DNA from: a virus
Lineage: Duplodnaviria; Heunggongvirae; Uroviricota; Caudoviricetes
DNA length: 42,276 bases
Direction: 5' to 3' (one strand)
IMG/VR virus record: IMGVR_UViG_3300049215_000070
The notes below the pieces were generated by a model, which saw only the letters and a program-made list of their open reading frames with translations, was not told the DNA's origin and did no database searches. This document shows, piece by piece, positions 1 to 9,281 of the stretch (positions are counted from its first letter, which is position 1; every line of letters begins with the position of its first letter). The translations under genes and the position numbers were made by a program.

Positions 1-2
1 CT

Positions 3-251
3 CGCAAAGTATCTCCTGGCGCCTCGCTGGGCGCATTGGCGAGCGTTCTGGGCGGCGCGGGCGTACCGCATCAGCCGAGCGCACCGGGCATGGGTCCGTC
101 GCCTCCTGGGATGGCACCTGGGATGGGTTCCCCTCCGGGTGGGCAAATGGGTGCAATGCGGCCTCAGGCGCCTGGCCCTGGCGCTCCTGCGATGGCTGGC
201 GGTGGTTCCGTAAAACATGTAATGGTTCACCATATCTCGTACAAGAAGTAA
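3..251 (+). CDS. 5'-truncated Pro/Gly/Met-rich protein, probably a virion-associated protein; ends with an MAGGGSV motif
   Basis: Frame is open from base 3 (RKVSPGASLGALASVLGG...) to TAA at 249-251. Low-complexity PG/M repeats; sits at the head of the structural operon. Confidence 0.6.
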   Translation, partial: RKVSPGASLGALASVLGGAGVPHQPSAPGMGPSPPGMAPGMGSPPGGQMGAMRPQAPGPGAPAMAGGGSVKHVMVHHISYKK

Positions 252-321
252 TTCCGGGATATTCGATATTCGCGAATCGCGAACTCCCTGATTCGCATAA
301 GATTCTAGGAAGTAATCGCTG

Positions 322-1377
322 ATGGCGTCTACCAATCAGGGCACGGTCAACCCGCTACTCACGACCGGCACCTACAACAACATAGCGATTGACAACCGCA
401 CGTTCATTGACCGTGTGTACGGCGCGTTGAAGCTGCGCCCGCAGCAGATCACCGCCGAGATGATTTTGATTGGCCTGGACATGATAAACCTCGTGCAGCT
501 CGACATGCTGAACGACGCCGCGCCGCTTTGGACCCTTCGCAAGTACATCCAGCCCCTGTACCAGGGTCAGCAGCAGTACGTGCTCCCGCCGAGCACAAAC
601 GACGTCACGAAGGCGTTTTACCGGACGATGTCGAACCTGACCAGCTCCGCGACAATCACAAACTCGACCGCGTACTACCAGTGGAGCTTCACGCAGCCTA
701 CGCAGGTCACCACAATCAATCTGAACTGGCCGTCCGCGAGCTTCCCGGTGCAGTACCAGTACAGCCTTGACAACGTCAACTGGAGCACCGCGGCAAACTC
801 AAGCAGCACTCACAACGGCATTGTTGGGTACAGCGCGCAAGACATCGACAACGCCAGCGCGTACCAGTACTGGCGCGTCATCCCGGCCACCAGCCAAAAC
901 GGGGTGCCGATTACGGTGCCCAATACTTTGCCGCTGACGCTGAGCGGGCAGGTGTACAATACCCCTGCGGACATAGAAATGTACCGCATGAACCGGGACG
1001 ATTACTGGAACCTGACCAACAAGACCTTCCAGGGGAGACCGCTGCAGTGGTGGATGGATCGTCAAATATACCCGCAGATGGATCTCTGGCCCGCGCCAGA
1101 CGCCACCGCGGCTCAGAATTTCATGGTGGTCTGGCGGCAGCGCATGATCGCCGACGCAGGCAGCCTGCAGAACACGCTAGAGATCCCGCCGCGCTGGTAC
1201 CTGGCGTTTTTTTATCGTGTCGCCGCCGAGCTGGCTTTTTGCACACCAGAGGTTGACCCCGAGGTCACCGGGCAGATTCAGGCCAAGTCGGATGCTCACT
1301 GGAAACGCGCCTGGGGTGAGGAGCGCGACAAGTCCCCAATCAAGTTCCAGACGCAGATCGGGGTTTATACTCGATGA
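322..1377 (+). CDS. Head-tail adaptor/tail tubular-type structural protein with an inserted discoidin (F5/8 type C)-like domain
   Basis: 351-aa ORF. N- and C-terminal parts resemble phage adaptor proteins (YxLP motif, ..P.RWY.A....A.ELA). Central WSFTQPTQV...QYSLDNVNW...YQYWRV resembles a carbohydrate-binding beta-sandwich. Confidence 0.65.
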   Translation: MASTNQGTVNPLLTTGTYNNIAIDNRTFIDRVYGALKLRPQQITAEMILIGLDMINLVQLDMLNDAAPLWTLRKYIQPLYQGQQQYVLPPSTNDVTKAFYRTMSNLTSSATITNSTAYYQWSFTQPTQVTTINLNWPSASFPVQYQYSLDNVNWSTAANSSSTHNGIVGYSAQDIDNASAYQYWRVIPATSQNGVPITVPNTLPLTLSGQVYNTPADIEMYRMNRDDYWNLTNKTFQGRPLQWWMDRQIYPQMDLWPAPDATAAQNFMVVWRQRMIADAGSLQNTLEIPPRWYLAFFYRVAAELAFCTPEVDPEVTGQIQAKSDAHWKRAWGEERDKSPIKFQTQIGVYTR

Positions 1378-1751
1378 GCTTGTATCTCGACACGCGCGGA
1401 AACGCAAACGTCGCCATCGGTATATGCGGCAGATGCTCGCTGAAGTACCCGCTGGTGGACTTGCATCCTGATCCAAACAGCCCCGGCCTGATGGTGTGCG
1501 GCACCCCGGGGGCGATGACCGGCAAAGGGACATGGGTTGGCGGCTGGGGATGCGCGGACATGCTCGACCCGTACCGTTTGCGGACTCACGAGACCGAGAA
1601 CATCACGCTTGAGTACCCACGCCCTGACGTCAAGCTTCCGGTGCCTGGGTACGTCACGGTCGCTCCCGGGGACGCCAACTGGCCCCCATCACAATTTCCT
1701 GACGACGGCCTTCAAGCCGCGCAGCTTCCTTCAACTGGGAATAGTTCGTAA
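1374..1751 (+). CDS. Conserved phage structural-cluster protein with Cys motif (CGRC...C...C, DPYRL, PRPD)
   Basis: ATGA overlap with upstream stop; CxxC plus further Cys residues. Confidence 0.7.
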   Translation: MSLYLDTRGNANVAIGICGRCSLKYPLVDLHPDPNSPGLMVCGTPGAMTGKGTWVGGWGCADMLDPYRLRTHETENITLEYPRPDVKLPVPGYVTVAPGDANWPPSQFPDDGLQAAQLPSTGNSS

Positions 1752-2089
1752 TGCAGACAGCAACGATCATCGGCATAGAAGCGACATCCGGCCTCACGAC
1801 CAGCCTCGCAAACATCGGCAACTACGTGGTACCGGTATCAACCAGCGCCGTCATCAGCCATCTATTCGTCGCCAACAAGTCTGGCTCTCCAATTACCGCT
1901 AGCGTTTACGTCTACAACGGCAGCACGGGATATTACCTAGCGTACCAGGCCCCGATTGCGGTAAATGACACGCTGAATTTGCTTGGAGAGAACGGCAAGA
2001 TCACGCTCGCGACTGGATGGAGCATCCAAGCCAGCGCAAGCTCTGCGTCTGTTGCTGACGCATCCATGTCAGTCACTCAGTTCGTGTAA
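1751..2089 (+). CDS. Small beta-rich virion protein (112 aa)
   Basis: TAATG coupling; beta-strand pattern typical of small tail-associated proteins. Confidence 0.7.
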   Translation: MQTATIIGIEATSGLTTSLANIGNYVVPVSTSAVISHLFVANKSGSPITASVYVYNGSTGYYLAYQAPIAVNDTLNLLGENGKITLATGWSIQASASSASVADASMSVTQFV

Positions 2090-2092
2090 TCC

Positions 2093-3037
2093 ATGCGCAG
2101 TCTCGGAAACGGCATTAGAAACTTTTACGGTCAGCTGACCATAAACGCGGCCTCAGGTGAGGCTTCCGGCGGACTTATTGTCAATGCAATCGCAGCCTTG
2201 AACGTACCCGCAGTTACGATCAACGGATCAAGTACCGCAGGACAGTCAAATGGTTTATTTGTGCTTGCTGGAGCTAACTCCGCAGACAGATCTTTAGATG
2301 TGCTAAATTCTGCTGGTTCATCGCGATTGTTTGGTATATTTGGCGACGGTCATTTCGCGCTCGGCTACAACGGCACGGCAAACGTAATCACCGGAACGGC
2401 GGCGGGCAACATCACGATCAACGCACCGAGCAGCGGAACAGCACTTGTGACGACTGCCGGGACCGGCGGGTACGCGATTCAAGGTACCGGCGCCACCGGG
2501 GCAATTACCGCGCTATTTACTGGCGCATCAGGAGACGCGGGCAGACTGGCGGTGCAAGACGGCCAGTCCGGAAACCGCGCCTGGGAAATGCGTTCGGGCG
2601 GTGTCTCGGTGGGTGTTTTCGATATCTACGACCTGACGGCGGCAACCTCGCGGTTGCAGATCGACACATCAGGCAATGTCAGCGTGCCGAATGGCACCGG
2701 GTCGCTTAGCCCGGTCTATGCTGGCATCCCGGTTAACACGCAGGCTGGTAGCTACACGACGGTATTGTCTGATGCCAACAAATGCATCAAGTTTACCGGC
2801 GCGTCCGCAGGCACGCTCACTATTGCCGCAAACTCCAGCGTCGCTTACCCGGTAGGCACGGCGATCACGTTCGTCAACAGAACCACCAATACCTTGACCA
2901 TATCAATCAACAGCGACTCCCTTGTGTATTCAAACACGGGCGCTGTCGGATCCAGAACGCTGGGCACTAACGCGATGGCAACGGCAATCAAGACCGACGC
3001 GACCATTTGGCTCATATCTGGTGCGGGTATCTCGTAA
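2093..3037 (+). CDS. Tail fibre/spike-type protein
   Basis: 314 aa, G/T/A/S/N-rich beta repeats; C-terminal YAGIPVNTQ...VAYPVGTAITFVN...WLISG domain typical of phage fibres. Confidence 0.7.
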   Translation: MRSLGNGIRNFYGQLTINAASGEASGGLIVNAIAALNVPAVTINGSSTAGQSNGLFVLAGANSADRSLDVLNSAGSSRLFGIFGDGHFALGYNGTANVITGTAAGNITINAPSSGTALVTTAGTGGYAIQGTGATGAITALFTGASGDAGRLAVQDGQSGNRAWEMRSGGVSVGVFDIYDLTAATSRLQIDTSGNVSVPNGTGSLSPVYAGIPVNTQAGSYTTVLSDANKCIKFTGASAGTLTIAANSSVAYPVGTAITFVNRTTNTLTISINSDSLVYSNTGAVGSRTLGTNAMATAIKTDATIWLISGAGIS

Positions 3038-3612
3038 TGGGCATTCAGCAAATGCTGCTGGCGGCTGGCGGATTCGTCCCGGTCACGCGCACGTACACCA
3101 CCGGAAATTCAGCAACTGAAACCCCTCCGGTCGGCGCAACGCATGTGCAAATTTCAGCGTGGGGTGGTGGCGGAAGCGGAGCGTACAATTCCGGAGCATA
3201 CACGTATGGCGGCGGCGGCGGCGCTTACGTTCAAACCGCAGTTATATCGCTTTCCGGCATATCCACATTTACATACACAGTCGGCGTAGGTAGCACTACC
3301 CCAGGAACTAGTCCGCAAAACGGTACTGCAGGCACGGCTACCAGTTGCACAGCTACTGGTGTTTCGATTTCCGCAGGCGCTGGTAGCGGCGGAAATTACG
3401 CTGGGCCAGGAGGCTCAGGCGGCACAGGCAGCGGCGGAACAATCAACGCATCAGGAAGCGCAGGATCTAACGGTGGTGTTGGCGGCAACAACGGACAAGG
3501 CGTAAACGGCGGCAACCAGTTACCCGGAACCGCGCCTGGTGGCGGCGGCGGAACAAGTACCAGTCAGGGATATGCGGGCGCTGCTGGTCAAATTAGTTTT
3601 GCTTACACTTAA
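3037..3612 (+). CDS. Glycine-rich tail-associated protein
   Basis: Start reassigned to ATG 3037 (TAATG overlap; MGIQQMLLAAGG). WGGGGSG/GGGGAY glycine-rich pattern. Confidence 0.7.
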   Translation: MGIQQMLLAAGGFVPVTRTYTTGNSATETPPVGATHVQISAWGGGGSGAYNSGAYTYGGGGGAYVQTAVISLSGISTFTYTVGVGSTTPGTSPQNGTAGTATSCTATGVSISAGAGSGGNYAGPGGSGGTGSGGTINASGSAGSNGGVGGNNGQGVNGGNQLPGTAPGGGGGTSTSQGYAGAAGQISFAYT

Positions 3613-3629
3613 ACTCACAAGGAAATCAC

Positions 3630-3911
3630 ATGTCAGACTCGAAAGAAAACGTCATCACATTGCTCGATTCAGATTTACTTGAAATCGAGACCGCGCTCAA
3701 AGATCGCCCGCTGCGCATCGCGTTGCCTTTGTTACAAAAAATCGACTCGCAACTAAGGGCTGCGGCGGCTAAAGCTGACTCGGAAGCGGCGAAAATCAAA
3801 GCTGAAGCAGAAAGCGAGCTGGAGACGCTGAGAAAAAAGCTGGAATCTTACGAGGCATCTGCAAAGGCGGGAATAGTTCACGTATGGGAAGAAGTCAAGG
3901 CAGCGGTATGA
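3630..3911 (+). CDS. Small helical protein, possible tail-fibre assembly/chaperone-like
   Basis: AAGGA SD; 93 aa with helical/coiled-coil pattern; position after fibre genes. Confidence 0.6.
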   Translation: MSDSKENVITLLDSDLLEIETALKDRPLRIALPLLQKIDSQLRAAAAKADSEAAKIKAEAESELETLRKKLESYEASAKAGIVHVWEEVKAAV

Positions 3912-4096
3912 ACGAGCAGCACCCGCACCAGGCCTACCTGGCGCTCACAAGTTTTACGGTATCGGTTGGTGGAGCAACAGTGGCCTGGTTATCTCAAGTC
4001 GAGCAATTTTTGCGTATAGGATCAAGCATGATTGCCATTGTTGCGGGTATCACCTCGATCGTCTACTACGGCAAGCAGAACAAATGGTGGAGGTAG
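3908..4096 (+). CDS. Small two-TM holin-like protein
   Basis: ATGA overlap; two hydrophobic segments and a basic C-terminus (KQNKWWR); directly upstream of the endolysin. Confidence 0.6.
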   Translation: MNEQHPHQAYLALTSFTVSVGGATVAWLSQVEQFLRIGSSMIAIVAGITSIVYYGKQNKWWR

Positions 4097-4097
4097 T

Positions 4098-4640
4098 ATG
4101 TCAGCCTTCGACGTTGCATTTGAACAGCTCATCGGCATTGAAGGAAGATACTCCAGCGACGAGTCCGACCCGGGCAACTGGACATCAGGCAAGGTTGGAA
4201 CCGGAGAGTGTCGTGGCACTATGTACGGGATCTCTGCAGCAGCGTACCCAAACCTGGATATTGCGGGGCTTAGTCTCGCCAAAGCCAAGTCAATCTATTT
4301 CACTGACTACTGGAGCAGGCTCCGGTGCTCAAACTTTCCCGATGCCATAGCGATTGCGCTTTTCAAGGAAGGCGTAAATCTTGGGGTTGAGGGCGCAGCG
4401 AAAGCGCTCCAGCGCAGCTTAAAAGCCACCGTCGACGGCAACATCGGGCAGCTGACAATTGGCCTTGCCACGTCCAAGGCACCGAAAGACTGCCTCACCG
4501 ATTTCCTGACGCAGTGCGCTTACGATTACACGCAAATGGAAAATTTCAAGATTGACGGCAAGGGCTGGCTGTCGCGCGTCATCAAGACCGCGGTTGAGTC
4601 TACGCTTACCGGCAACGAGCTTATGGAGCTTAAAGCGTAA
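4098..4640 (+). CDS. Endolysin, glycoside hydrolase family 108 with PG-binding C-terminus
   Basis: GGAGG SD, ATG 4098; EGRYS.D..DPG..T...GT.YGIS motif, GV..A...LQR, C-terminal GKGWLSRV. Confidence 0.9.
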   Translation: MSAFDVAFEQLIGIEGRYSSDESDPGNWTSGKVGTGECRGTMYGISAAAYPNLDIAGLSLAKAKSIYFTDYWSRLRCSNFPDAIAIALFKEGVNLGVEGAAKALQRSLKATVDGNIGQLTIGLATSKAPKDCLTDFLTQCAYDYTQMENFKIDGKGWLSRVIKTAVESTLTGNELMELKA

Positions 4641-5055
4641 ATCTCAGCAAGTACGCCTTCATCGAATCCAGAATCTCTGGTCGATCCCTGGTTGCGCCAA
4701 GAACCAGGCTGCACTGCGAACAAAGCAGCCCACGGATAACACCGCTGGCGTGGAAATGGTCCACATGGGGCGTATCGTCCTCAGTGGTAAAATGGTTGGG
4801 GCAGATGGCGCATTTCCCCCCTTGGGATTGGAGCATGTCATTGTACTGCTCAGGGGTGATGCCCCACTTCCTGCGCCTGTGAGCCGCACTGAAGAACTCG
4901 GGTCCTTTTCTTGCGCGGTAAGCAAAATCCCAGGCTTTCCTGCACTTTTTACATGCGGTCTGAAGCCCGTCTTTCATTTTTTTGGCGCGGTTAAATTCAG
5001 AATGCGGCAGATCACTCTTACACCCAGAGCAGTATTTCATGGGAATTTTCGACAC
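4630..5055 (-). CDS. Endonuclease VII-type HNH (putative homing) endonuclease, antisense within the lysis cassette
   Basis: CxxC...CxxC N-terminus, GIT.EQY..ML..Q.GKCAIC, HVDH.H.SG.IRGLLC..C. GTG start at 5055 with GGAG SD 8 nt upstream; alternative ATG at 5040. Confidence 0.88.
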   Translation of the reverse strand: MSKIPMKYCSGCKSDLPHSEFNRAKKMKDGLQTACKKCRKAWDFAYRARKGPEFFSAAHRRRKWGITPEQYNDMLQSQGGKCAICPNHFTTEDDTPHVDHFHASGVIRGLLCSQCSLVLGATRDRPEILDSMKAYLLRFTL

Positions 5056-5488
5056 AGTTATCGCTCCAATTGCCAGTATAATAAATCGTATTATACCTGA
5101 CAAAGCAGCCGCAGCCGCTGCAATTGCACAACTCAATCAATTGACCCTGCAAGGCCAACTCCAAGAGGAACTGGTCCAGCTGCAGTCTGTCACGGTCAAT
5201 CAAACCGACGTCAACAAAGTAGAGGCTGCTAGTCCTAGCATGTTTGTCGCTGGTCCTCGCCCCGCTATAATGTGGGTGTGCGCACTTGCTCTGTTTTACC
5301 AGTACCTAGTGAGGCCAATAGCCACTGGATTGGCGTTAATTGCATCGCATCCAATTCCCGCGCCAGGGCTCCCAGGAATAGACGACAACCTGTACCAACT
5401 TATGTTCGCGTTGCTTGGCATTGGAGCGATGCGTTCTTACGACAAAACAAAAGGAACAGAAACAAAATCAGTTTCTTTTTTTAAATAG
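5039..5488 (+). CDS. Holin of the 3TM (GTA_holin_3TM-like) family
   Basis: MGIFDTVIAPIASIINRIIPD...N..EA.S.S.FVAG.RPAIMWVC...LLG.G.MRSYDK.KG pattern. Confidence 0.85.
   Translation: MGIFDTVIAPIASIINRIIPDKAAAAAAIAQLNQLTLQGQLQEELVQLQSVTVNQTDVNKVEAASPSMFVAGPRPAIMWVCALALFYQYLVRPIATGLALIASHPIPAPGLPGIDDNLYQLMFALLGIGAMRSYDKTKGTETKSVSFFK
5075..5103 (-). promoter_or_regulatory. Sigma70-like promoter TTGTCA-N17-TATACT inside the holin CDS, driving the endonuclease
   Basis: Minus strand: TTGTCA (5103-5098), 17-nt spacer, TATACT (5080-5075). Confidence 0.6.
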
Positions 5489-5503
5489 GCTAGGTTAAAT
5501 CAA

Positions 5504-6178
5504 ATGCCAACCTCGATGACATTCACCAGCTTGCAGTCAGACGTCCAGACGTACATGGAGCGCGGCACCGTGCTCGATCCAATCGTGTACGCGCAGCTGC
5601 CGGAACTCATCAATTTCGCTGAGCGTCGAATCTCGCGCGAGCTTAAGGTGCTTGGGTTCGTCGTCGCCGCCACATTTACTCTGCAGCCCGGTTTGGCGGT
5701 TTACGCCAAGCCAGACCGATGGAGAAAGCTCATATCCGTAAACGTGGGACAGTCTGCCACCGGCAACAGCGTACGGTCTCAGGTGCTTCCGCGCAGCTAC
5801 GAGTACATTCGCGCTTACTGGCCGGATGACAGCCAAACGCTGACGACCACGTACGGAATTGCCGGACCACCCAAATTCTACGCGGAGTATAATTACCAGA
5901 ACATCATCGTCGCGCCGACGCCAGACGCCGCGTACCCTGCGGAGATCGTGTACTACGAGGAGCCTGCGCTGCTCGACGCCACGAACACCACCAACTGGAT
6001 CACGCAGTACGCCCCGAACCTGCTGCTGTACTCCACCTTGTTGGAGTGCGCCCCGTTTCTGAAGAACGACTCCCGCATAGCGACCTGGCAGGCGCTCTAC
6101 GACCGCGCCGCGGCAACCCTCGACAGCGAATCCAAGGCCGGTATCTTGGATCGTAATCCAACAAGGCAAGAAACGTGA
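5504..6178 (+). CDS. Phage adaptor/head-completion-type structural protein
   Basis: 224 aa; MTF.SL..DV..Y.ER, FI..AE.RI.RELK, P.PD..Y..E..YY, NW....AP..LLY..L.E pattern. Confidence 0.75.
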   Translation: MPTSMTFTSLQSDVQTYMERGTVLDPIVYAQLPELINFAERRISRELKVLGFVVAATFTLQPGLAVYAKPDRWRKLISVNVGQSATGNSVRSQVLPRSYEYIRAYWPDDSQTLTTTYGIAGPPKFYAEYNYQNIIVAPTPDAAYPAEIVYYEEPALLDATNTTNWITQYAPNLLLYSTLLECAPFLKNDSRIATWQALYDRAAATLDSESKAGILDRNPTRQET

Positions 6179-7416
6179 CCACGTACACAAATATATTTAC
6201 AGGCGCTTTGGTTGCGCCCGCTCTTGCTGCGTACAATTCGATTACGCTTACGGCGAACCTGCAGCTGCAATGGCCGCTGGAAACCGCGCCCAACTCCAAC
6301 CTTTGCACGCCGCTAATCGACATCAATAGCTCGACCTCGGGATCGTATGGGCTAATTCTTCCGCCTGCGACTTCCGTAGGAGTCGGCACGTTCATCATCG
6401 TAAACAACCTGAGCGCGTACCCGCAGGCAGTTTACAACAACAGCGGCGCCATTATTGTGGCATCTCAGGCCTCAGGATCTGTTTTCTTTTACTACCTTCA
6501 GAACAACACCACCGCCGCGGGCACATGGTTTGCTTTCCAGTACGGCTCTGCAGTATCGACACCCTCAGTAGCCGCCATCGCTGGCCCAGGATTGGTTGCC
6601 TTAGGGTCGCAGCTGGGGCAGAACATGAGCGTTACGACGCTTTCTTCGCCATACACCATAGGTGTCAACGACCGAGATAAGTTTTTCAACTGGAACGCAG
6701 GCGCTGGAACCGTAACGTTGCCGCAGGCCGCGACCGCTGGTGGCGGGTACTATGTGCAACTGCGCAACTCTGGTAGCTCAATCCTATCCATCGCGCCCGT
6801 AGCGTCTGACACCATTAACGGCGGTTACAACAGCGCGACCCCGCTGCCGCTAAACCCTGGTGACAGTTGTTTCATTGTGACTGACGGCACGGTTTGGTAC
6901 ACCATTGGCCTTGGCCCATCCATTCAGGCGGCGTTCAATTTCGTCACCATCAGCGTGACCGGGTTGTCCGGCACGTACACCCTAAGCGGCACGCAGCTGA
7001 ACCAGGTCGGGTACCGATTCACAGGCACCAAATCTGGCAACCTTGAGATCATCGTACCCTCGACCAAGCAAGAGTACTGGGTCAACAACCAGACCGACAA
7101 CACATACACGCTCACCATAGGAACCGCCAGCCAAACGTCCCCAACGCCGCCGACCATTGCTTACAACGGCAGCTCGATTTTCTATTGTGACGGATCTAAC
7201 GTTTACAACGCCACCCCGTCGAGCGCCATCACCTCGATACCGATTCCGATTGCGCAGGGTGGCACCAACTCGACCACCGCCGCTGGGGCGCTTACCAACC
7301 TTGGCGGAACCTCCATCGGCACCTCGTTGTTTACTGCCGTAAGCAACGCCGCCGCGCAGCAGGCTATCGGCGCACCGTCGACCGCTGACATGTTCCTCTG
7401 GGCTATGGTCCTGTAA
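6175..7416 (+). CDS. Tail structural protein (413 aa, GTG start)
   Basis: GTGA overlap; T/S/G/N-rich beta protein; PIAQGGTN motif seen in fibre proteins. Confidence 0.7.
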   Translation: MTTYTNIFTGALVAPALAAYNSITLTANLQLQWPLETAPNSNLCTPLIDINSSTSGSYGLILPPATSVGVGTFIIVNNLSAYPQAVYNNSGAIIVASQASGSVFFYYLQNNTTAAGTWFAFQYGSAVSTPSVAAIAGPGLVALGSQLGQNMSVTTLSSPYTIGVNDRDKFFNWNAGAGTVTLPQAATAGGGYYVQLRNSGSSILSIAPVASDTINGGYNSATPLPLNPGDSCFIVTDGTVWYTIGLGPSIQAAFNFVTISVTGLSGTYTLSGTQLNQVGYRFTGTKSGNLEIIVPSTKQEYWVNNQTDNTYTLTIGTASQTSPTPPTIAYNGSSIFYCDGSNVYNATPSSAITSIPIPIAQGGTNSTTAAGALTNLGGTSIGTSLFTAVSNAAAQQAIGAPSTADMFLWAMVL

Positions 7417-9281
7417 TGGCGCTGATCCCCCTTGCATCCGCTCCTGGGATACAGCGAGATGGAACATTTTTGGCATCTACCGCGCACACGGACGGGCAGT
7501 GGTGCCGCTGGCAGCGCGGGCTGCCGCGAAAGATCGGCGGGTACAAGGTCATTCAGCCGTACCTGACGGGCATCGAGAGACTGTTTTTTACCCAGGCGCA
7601 AAGCGGTTACCGGTACCTTGCCGCGGGAAATGCGAACGGCATCGATACTTTTACCGTTGACAACTTTGGCGTCTGCTCAAGCGTTCAGAATCCGAAGTTT
7701 CCTGCGACCACCAACCCGACGACCACGGGCCTGCCGACGAACACGGTGAACCTGCAGCCGTACACTCAGATCAACAGCTGGCAGATGGAGTCGCAGTTCG
7801 ACAACGCCACCAACCAAACGCTGCTGTTTCTATTCGCCAATCAGAACCTACTGGACCCCGCAAACGGAGAAAACTTTCCGCTGTACTCGACGCCGATCTA
7901 CAGCCCAAACGGCAACGGTAACTTTGCAACGTTTACTGGCTCCGTGAGCGGGACCACGCTGACCGTATCTGGCGTTACCGGCACAATATCAATAGGACAA
8001 TACCTGACTGGATTTGGCATTCCTTCCGGCACGCTCATTACTGGCGGCAGCGGCACATCGTGGACGCTGGGTGCCAACTTAGGGACAATCGGCGCAGAGG
8101 CCATGTCGTCCGGTTCGATCTTCCAGGTGCAGGGGTACGGCACCGGCAGCGACGGTCACGGCGGGACTCAGCAGGCATTATTTCCCAACGGCATCAGCGG
8201 GGGCATGGTCAGCCTTGCACCGTACATGATCGTCTACGGGAACAACGGTTTTTTCGCGTGGAGCAGCCCCGGTTACCCTACCGACTTTGTGGGCACTTCC
8301 TTGGGATCATTGTACGTTGGCGCTACCGAGATTACCAACCAGAAAATAATAAAAGGTTTCCCGCTTAGGGGTGGTGGAGGCTATTCGCCCGCCGGTATCT
8401 TCTGGAGCGTAGACAGCGTCGTCCGCGCGACCTTTATTGGTGTCACAAATGGCACATGGCAATTCGACCAGCTCACGACGCAGTCGAGTCTGCTCAGCGA
8501 CCGGTGCATTGTTGAGCACGACGGCGCGTTCTACTGGGCCGGTGTGGATCGATTTTTGATGTACAACGGCGTGGTTGGAGAAATACCAAACTCGATGAAC
8601 CTTAACTGGTTTTTTGACGGCATCAATACCACGTACGCCAGCAAGTCTTTCGCGATGAAAGTGCCAAGGTACGGCGAGATCTGGTGGTGCTACCCGCGCG
8701 GTAACAACACCGAGTGCAGCCACGCGGTGATATACAACTACCGAGAAAAGTCTTGGTACGACACACCGCTGCCAAACACCGGGCGCAGCGCGGGATTGCA
8801 CGCCGACAACCTGGTAGGAAACCTGATGGCAGGTATTTTGCCGTACACGTCGAGCGTCAGCGGCACAACGCAAACGTACTACAATATGTGGGATCACGAA
8901 ATCGGCACCGACGAGATTAACGGCGTATTTCAAAATGCCGTAAACTCGTATTTTACGACCGCGCCCATTACGAATTACAACGCGCAGCCTCCGAACGCCG
9001 CGACCACGAGCGTTGAGCTGCTTGAGCCAGATTTTATCCAATCGCAGAACATGACCGTCAGCGTTTTGAAGCAGAACAACGCGAACGCCCCGGTAGTTAC
9101 AGGGTCGGTGGTCACGCTTGAGCCAGATCCCACTAGCACCGGCACATTGAATCAGATAGTGCCGCTCAAAGACACCGCCAAGATCATTCGTATTCAGGTA
9201 CAGAGCAACGTCGTCGGTGGGAACTTTCAGGCCGGTAAGTCGATGCTCACGATCAACGCGGACGGCGAGCGGAGCACGTAA
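7416..9281 (+). CDS. Tail nozzle / DNA-stabilisation protein (P22 gp10-like beta-propeller)
   Basis: 621 aa; PGIQRDGT N-terminus, RW....PRKIGG, FYW.G...F..Y.G, EIWW.YP...YNY.E..WY. Confidence 0.75.
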   Translation: MALIPLASAPGIQRDGTFLASTAHTDGQWCRWQRGLPRKIGGYKVIQPYLTGIERLFFTQAQSGYRYLAAGNANGIDTFTVDNFGVCSSVQNPKFPATTNPTTTGLPTNTVNLQPYTQINSWQMESQFDNATNQTLLFLFANQNLLDPANGENFPLYSTPIYSPNGNGNFATFTGSVSGTTLTVSGVTGTISIGQYLTGFGIPSGTLITGGSGTSWTLGANLGTIGAEAMSSGSIFQVQGYGTGSDGHGGTQQALFPNGISGGMVSLAPYMIVYGNNGFFAWSSPGYPTDFVGTSLGSLYVGATEITNQKIIKGFPLRGGGGYSPAGIFWSVDSVVRATFIGVTNGTWQFDQLTTQSSLLSDRCIVEHDGAFYWAGVDRFLMYNGVVGEIPNSMNLNWFFDGINTTYASKSFAMKVPRYGEIWWCYPRGNNTECSHAVIYNYREKSWYDTPLPNTGRSAGLHADNLVGNLMAGILPYTSSVSGTTQTYYNMWDHEIGTDEINGVFQNAVNSYFTTAPITNYNAQPPNAATTSVELLEPDFIQSQNMTVSVLKQNNANAPVVTGSVVTLEPDPTSTGTLNQIVPLKDTAKIIRIQVQSNVVGGNFQAGKSMLTINADGERST

